Positions 57,723-64,000 of a stretch of DNA of 64,000 nucleotides are shown in pieces. Each line of letters begins with the position of its first letter. Positions within the stretch are counted from its first letter, which is position 1. Below the pieces are notes generated by a model that was not told where the DNA came from, made no database searches, and saw only the letters and a program-made list of their open reading frames with translations. Source of the DNA: Tubiluchus corallicola (Eukaryota > Animalia > Priapulida). Location of the stretch: contig JAQGDQ010000486.1 of the NCBI GenBank assembly GCA_030141605.1, positions 104,244 to 168,243 on the forward strand, read 5' to 3'. The translations under genes were made by a program, and so were the position numbers.

Positions 57723-60700
57723 AAGAGGGGTCACAGAAGGAGAAGAAAAATTCTTTTGCAATAATATGAATGATAATGTAGAAACAGATTCTATTTCAAG
57801 CGTAAATAAACAACAACATATCCTGGCAATTGGACAGAAAAAACAAAATAAACAAGCAATCCACTAGTTTTAATAAAGAAATGAATGTAGTCTTTTGTTG
57901 ATGATCTTATAACTGGCCAGTTTAGAAGATCAAGTGCAACTTCCTTACCAAACTGTGTAATTTTTTCGTCACCATCTAATGGATTAATGACTCCTGGTGC
58001 ATACTCGCCAAATGAGAGCCTCTCGATTCTGTGAGAGAAGTTGAGCTTTTCAAAGCCAGTCAGCAATGACAAATGAGCATGCCCGCCAAGGCCGTGTACT
58101 GGCCTAAATGAAGAGAAAGAGCAAAACAATATTAGTGAATAAATATTGTCTAATAAAAAAATTACTGAATATTATGATTAACGGCCAAAAGTATTGTATC
58201 AAAACAGCTAACAATAGCAATAATACCTTGACATGTACAAAACCAAAAAATGAACAATTCGATAATTTAAAAATGCTTAAAAATATTGTCTCTCATAGTC
58301 ACTGGCATTATTTTACAAATTCTTAAAAAAGTAATAAATACTTTGAAAACTTCCACCTACCATAGAAACCACAAAAATAATCATGTTCATACAATAGTAG
58401 GACAATATTTACTGTGTTTCAAATTTTCTGGCAAAAAATAGAATAAATGAGTATAATAAGCCTATTGCAAAAACGTTGCACCAAAAACCAGCATGGGCAT
58501 TTCGATAATATGCATTGCAAACTCAAAAGGGTACCACTGATACAAAGAAAGGTTTGTACTCATAATGAAGTTTAATGGCTAAGAGAATGGAGAAAAGGAT
58601 CATTTGGCTTTGTGCTTTGACTGACTGTCACAAAGAAATCACTGAATACACGCTCCTCCCTATTTGCATACAAAAATTCATTAATATGTGAAAAAACAAG
58701 GCATTTTGCATTACTGGCAAGTCTTAATACCACTGAAAGCCAGTAACTTCATTTCTGAATCAAACAGTAATGTTCCAAAAAACATAACCACCATCTTCAC
58801 GTTCAGTCTTTACATTCATTATCATTTATTTACATGCATGAATACTATGGGTGAGCATTCTCTACCAGAAAGCGAATTCGAATTGAACATAATTTGCATG
58901 TTTCAAACTCAAATTAAAACCAAATTTGAGATTTTCAAATCCGAATTGAATTCGAATTCAGCTTTAAAGATTTTTGAATAAATTTCCGAATCACAAATTA
59001 GTGGTCTCACAAACATCGTGAATATTACTTGAATTTGTTCTGCACTAAAAACACCAATGATTTATTTAAAAAGGTTCACAAAATAGCAGTTAAATTATGC
59101 TGACTACATGACGTTATAAACATTTTAGTGAGAAAGAGCCTATGTATTAAAATGCTGAATTATTCGAATCAACAAATTTGGGTTCAAATTGAATTCAAAT
59201 TAAAAAACTCGTTTGAAACGAATTCGATTTGAACATTTGATGCTCACTGTAAACATAAACATTACACACCGTAAATCATTCAAAGGTGCCCACAAAGTAA
59301 AAACACTTGTTACAAACCTGGAACGAATTCTTTGGAAACCCCTAAATGAGATACCAGAACAAATAGGTTAATTTGGGCAAGTTAACTATCTACTGCTTAC
59401 ATTGTTAAGTTTATGTCTTAGTAAAAAAAACTAAGCTAAAGTTTACAATTCCCCACACATTAGTTCATGAAGTGAATTAGGGTTACGGTTAGGGTTTGGA
59501 TTGGGGTTAAGGTTAGGGTTAGGTTATTTAAACTGTGTGGGGAATTGTAAACTCCTTCCAAAAACTGAATTACAAATTCACGGCTATGATCAGAAGCTAA
59601 CAGGAAATAGAGGATAACTTACTTCCCAGCAGTAACATGTAAATTCCCTGCCAGTTTGTTGACTAGAAGTGTCCCGTGAAAACGGCATGCATCCTTTGGG
59701 CCAGTAGGTCTGTCTTCCCTGTAAAAATGCAGAAAAGTTGTGGAAGTTGAAAAAGTCAAGCAAAGCTTAGGTGAAGTGTTTACATAATTTAAATTTATTT
59801 GCTTTCAGCAACGGCAAAATGCATACACTACACTTAAGATAAAGAAATCCAATTGAANTAAGTCATATTTACTAAACTAAAGTATATGAGCATATATCTA
59901 TACGTTAAACATCAATTTTTGTGATAAAGCTTCACCATACAATTAAATCTAAATATGTTTCCATTTATTTCATGAACTTTTTACATTCATGCATAAATAA
60001 AGACTTTCACACATTTTTTTGTTATGAGGTAAGGCTAACTTAAAACTTTTTTTAAATAAATGATTATAGACACATTTATAAATGTAGTGAAATAAATAAT
60101 AAATTAGGAAGTGGGATTTCAAATCTTTGCTATTATGGTGTCTCATCTCAGAGGATTATATTTGGTAATGAGCTAGGTTCTGATCCTGTCACAACCACCT
60201 ACATCAAAAAAAGCTCTGCCACTGAGTGCTAAATCCCGCCTTGCAGCAGTGTTGGTCTGTAAATAAAAAAGTTATAGCTAGTCGTCCATTTAAAATAACG
60301 GAGAACCATATTCACACACTGATTTGTTATAGAGTTATTGATGTCTCTGTTTTTTTCTGAAGTTTTTCCTGCTTCTTGTTTTGTACAAACTATCGCCACT
60401 AAAACGTTGACTTAGTAATTGCCTGTACCAATTGGTATCTCATGAATGTCACCTAGTTAAAAAGCTTCTTGATTCAGTGAAGCATTTTGCTGTTAAAAAA
60501 GGTAACAAAAAAGCTGACACAGGGGCAGTAACTTTCAGGGAGTCACTCTGTCTCTGGTAAAGCAGGCTTTAAACTGCTTCAAAGTTTGGCTAATTGGAAA
60601 AGGTTATCTATTATCGTTCATATCTCTTATCTAAGTGTTATGGTTGGTAAAGTCAAAACAGAATAGCGATTTATCTTAAAATAAACAGAATTGAACACTA

Positions 60701-63700
60701 CACCTGCAGTTCGGTGCATTTTTACAAATGAAATGTACTACAAAACTATCGCGGAAGAGAACTGTTACAAACTACCACAATAACACATTCACTAAAGCCA
60801 GGATTTCACAGGGCTCGCAATTTTGGTGACTAGTCTAACAGATGCTAAATATACTCCAAACGTTCCTCAAATAGCTGCAAAACACATACGGGTATTTGCC
60901 ATTGTTGTCAGGTCGTTGGTTTCGGCGGGAAATTTTAAATGTTTAAGGTTTATACTTGGAGTTGCAAAATTTGCCACTTCACCAACATTTCTCCATACTG
61001 TAGAGAAGTTGTCTGAATGTAGGGATGCGATAACGATACATATATTATCGATAATTATCAAATATCGTATCGATACGAAAAATTTGTTTTTATCGTTATC
61101 GCATCACTTGTATCGTTGCTTATCTCTTACCTTTAAAAAATCTCTTCATTTGCTTTTCAATTTACTTACAGGAATTAAGCAAAACAGTTGATAAAACAGT
61201 AGAATTATTTAAGCTTGTCAGATGCATGCAGCTGCACTTTCGCTTTGCAATAGCGGTTATCTTTATTCTGATTCTGAATCATAGAGACTCACGGATGCCG
61301 AATACAGTGTACCGTACTTTTTGTGTCATTATCCCAGACATGTGTAATTGTGCATCTCGCATAGATATATCTCTATATCGTAGTAATCTATGTATCTATC
61401 GTAGTTTAGTTATTTATGAATCATTATAACAACGAAGCAGAAAATTTCGTGTTACTTGCAAAATGATTACATAAATCCGACTGCAAAAATACAGTGTTGT
61501 GTAACTTATAGACATCCTGCACGTGATGTTTCAGTCCCTCAGTGCTGACTGATTGTTTAGCAGAAATCATGTCTGATAAACGAAACAGCAAAATTTATCG
61601 GAATCATTTTAATATTTTCAGTGAAGGTTCAAAAACATTCACCATCTGTAAGTACTTCAAACAAAATTACACAGCTCAACTACAAATTTGGCAAAACACT
61701 TGAAAGAGACGTCAGTGATATTCCATTTGTATCGTTTAACATCCCTATCTGAATGCATACCAAAACCTGCACAAAATATGTCGTTAATTATTCATGATGT
61801 TCTTCAACAATTTAAAAATTCACGAAAACTTGGAAAATATTTTGAGATACTCTAGAGAAAGCTGCGATGATTTTGCGACTATTTTTCAATATTTTGGAAA
61901 CATTTCTTTCAGCGAAAATTCTGTGAAATGGTAGTGAAGTGATCACAATATAAGCCTACTCGTGCGAATGACGCGCAACATTCGTCTTGTCGCATGAGTG
62001 TCACAGAAATTTACACAAATATGTTGTCCAAATACTGTGTGACATTTTTGCAACTTTCACCTAAGAAAAAAGCTCAAAATTTGCAGAAAAGTGACGAAAA
62101 TTGTACAAAATTATTTAGATGTCACAACCTGGGCAACAAGACATAGTTGAATGAAATTTTTGACTGTTGCACAGAGAATTTTTAGGGGTTGCATCCCCAT
62201 GTAACCTTCAAAGTCAAATTAAACCTTCACTATAATATAAGCTTTTACAACTTAAAATCCTACTCTCATTATGAATATTCAGTTTATTTTATTATAAACC
62301 TACTATAAAATTTGTTTCTATTGATTTTTTTCACTTTATTGTTAACAGTATTAATTTGAAGAACAGCTATTTTTCATTGTGTGCGACGAACGATGTAATG
62401 AGTATAGTCTCAAGGTCACCAAAGATAGGTAAACACTAAACAAACAACAGTAACCAGAGACGCTTTCTGTACTATGTATGTCATTCTCGTGTTAACAATA
62501 ACTATGCATTCTTAGTGTAATCATAATAATGTGTTAAAAATCTTCAATGTCTGTTGGGGTTATATAGGCCTTTAAGTATATTTTACCTGGGTGGTAAACG
62601 GCTTGAAGTATGCATATATCCTGTTTTCCACAGCATCTTGTGCACTGCATGGTATTCATCCTTAATGTACGTATTAATGCTCTGTATCATATCCCAATAC
62701 TGACGTTGATTACGAGACAGTTTAAAGTACGTGGGTTCCTCTTTGAGCGTGCCAAACTTGCTGGCACTTTGATGAGTCAGATCCAGAATGTCAGCTCCTA
62801 TAACTACAAAAAACAATATGTCAGTAATTAAGTATAAGTAAGCAGCTGGAGAAATTAAGAGTGCACTCCTATAAGAACACGCATGCAACACTAAGTTAGA
62901 AAATCTAAAAAATTTTGTACTTCCACTAGAATTCGAACCCAAGATCTTTAGCTTTCTGGGTAGCATTGCTAGGCATTACACCAGGAAGGCACTCGACTTT
63001 TCAGATTCGGAACATTACTGAGTATCTGACGCGGTATTCTGAAAGTGTCTAGCTGATTTGGCATGACTCAGACTCAGTCTTAGTTCTCAAACTTAAAAAT
63101 TTATTTCAAAAAAACCTGTTAAATACTAAAACCATGTCTCACTTCTTTTGTATTCACCATTGGAAACTTGTACCATCTTTAGTTTATGCATAATTATTCA
63201 TTTGTTTTAGTTTTAGTAAAAACATGTACTTAACAGTATTACAGTTAATACATATATGGTAAGCACTTGGAAGTTTCAATAAGCACTGTGCCCAAAAACA
63301 AGCGAAATTTTGTAGGGCGATTAAAATTTGCCTTTCTTCAAGTCAATTGCCCATAACTTAATATATCAGAGCCCAAAAATCATTTGTTCTTCCGGCAAAT
63401 TATCTTTCTCGCATTGTTGTTACATATTAATGTTTTATAGTTATGATTTGAATCACTTTTGTAGAGAATGAATTGGGACAATGGGGTTGTAATGAAGCTA
63501 AATGTTCTGTAAAAAATTGTTCGCATTTTGCAGAAGCACTAACATGTTTGACAAATTAATAATCTGTGGTCTAAGCATATGCAAAAAAGGCCTAATAAAT
63601 AATTTACTATCCTGGATAACAGCATTGAAGCCTGCATTCATTTGGATACAGTCATGTAGTAGTTACGAAAATATCAGTTATTAATGCAATTATTATTTTA

Positions 63701-63881
63701 TTAATAAAAATTACTTGACACACACCTGCACATGGTGATGCCACTGTGATGTCTACATGAATTTCCAGCCTACTGGTGAAATCCTGGTCTACTTCGTATT
63801 CATAATGCATTTCAGTTTCAGTATAGTAACTAAACTCAGTAACAACCAATACGGCAATGATGATAAAACATAGAATAGTTA
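55189..63881 (-). CDS. ERGIC2: ER-Golgi intermediate compartment protein 2 (Erv41-like), 7 exons in window, 5'-partial
   Basis: complement join(63726-63881,62587-62803,59623-59718,57949-58103,57383-57480,56595-56757,55189-55391); [81 protein letters not shown]. Confidence 0.94.
56595..56757 (-). CDS. ERGIC2: ERGIC2 exon: [21 protein letters not shown]...[13 protein letters not shown]
   Basis: Second TM segment; ends at a G|GCAAGT donor. Confidence 0.92.
57383..57480 (-). CDS. ERGIC2: ERGIC2 exon: [32 protein letters not shown]
   Basis: YQYF..VVPT and THQYS motifs. Confidence 0.93.
57587..57721. repeat. (GA)n/(GGGA)n microsatellite
   Basis: Direct observation. Confidence 0.98.
57949..58103 (-). 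CDS. ERGIC2: ERGIC2 exon: [51 protein letters not shown]
   Basis: NFSHRI..LSFG and NPLDG motifs. Confidence 0.94.
58849..59249. mobile_element. Possible MITE with GAATTC-rich subterminal repeats
   Basis: gtgagcat / atgctcac ends; repeated gaattcgaatt; no clear TSD. Confidence 0.4.
59438..59557. repeat. TTAGGG-containing mini-element, copy 4
   Basis: TIR agtttacaattccccacaca / tgtgtggggaattgtaaact around degenerate TTAGGG units. Confidence 0.8.
59623..59718 (-). CDS. ERGIC2: ERGIC2 exon: [32 protein letters not shown]
   Basis: CR.HG.L.VNK.AGN.H motif. Confidence 0.94.
61020..61747. mobile_element. hAT-type MITE, family A copy 2
   Basis: TIR tagggatg / catcccta; perfect 8-bp TSD tctgaatg (61012-61019, 61748-61755); left part similar to 2221-2970. 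Confidence 0.88.
62182..62575 (+). mobile_element. Dispersed non-autonomous element, copy 2 (ends cct|ttaa)
   Basis: Homologous to 49911-50369 with internal indels. Confidence 0.8.
62587..62803 (-). CDS. ERGIC2: ERGIC2 exon: [11 protein letters not shown]...RLPPR
   Basis: GAD.LD motif; tgtag/gtaaa. Confidence 0.92.
63726..63881 (-). CDS. ERGIC2: ERGIC2 exon: [19 protein letters not shown]...[26 protein letters not shown]
   Basis: First TM segment and YEYEVD..F.S.L.I..DITVA motif. Confidence 0.92.
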
Positions 63882-64000
63882 CTGAAAAAAAAGCATATTC
63901 ATTACTCACTTTTAGTCAGTCAGTTATAAACCAAAGGCCTGATTAAAACCTTGAGAGGCCCTAAGCAATGAAAAGATTATGCTGCCCCATGTATGCGTAA

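Noticed and set aside
57531-57769. RE-repeat and LS-repeat ORFs
   Set aside because: Translation artefacts of a (GA)n microsatellite in an ERGIC2 intron.
60823-61429. 122-aa and 67-aa ORFs
   Set aside because: They overlap a MITE with TSDs inside an ERGIC2 intron and show no transposase motif.

Overview
AT-rich eukaryotic DNA from an invertebrate animal (the kinase sequence looks protostome/arthropod-like), intron-rich and full of small transposon relics. There are no prokaryotic features. Three spliced genes were rebuilt by hand with consistent splice phases. (1) A BRSK/SAD-family kinase on + (14 exons, 772-19013, 674 codons plus stop; the 5' end lies upstream of the window). (2) A complete MOB2 on - (5 coding exons, 270 aa), whose 17-nt first coding segment (MDWFMG) lies about 25 kb upstream at 54215-54231. 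(3) ERGIC2 on - (7 exons, 63881-55189; the 5' end lies outside the window), with a GC-AG last intron. Repeats include a decayed CR1-like LINE, hAT MITEs with 8-bp TSDs, TTAA-flanked elements, a TTAGGG-containing mini-element family, tRNA-derived SINE heads, an ~80-bp minisatellite and microsatellites. The most notable observations are the BRSK-MOB2 tail-to-tail linkage (as in human BRSK2-MOB2), one MITE family inserted in both facing 3' UTRs, candidate alternative first exons and a recursive splice site in the long MOB2 intron, and fold-back repeats with degenerate hammerhead-like motifs. I cannot support a wholly new biological system from the sequence alone.
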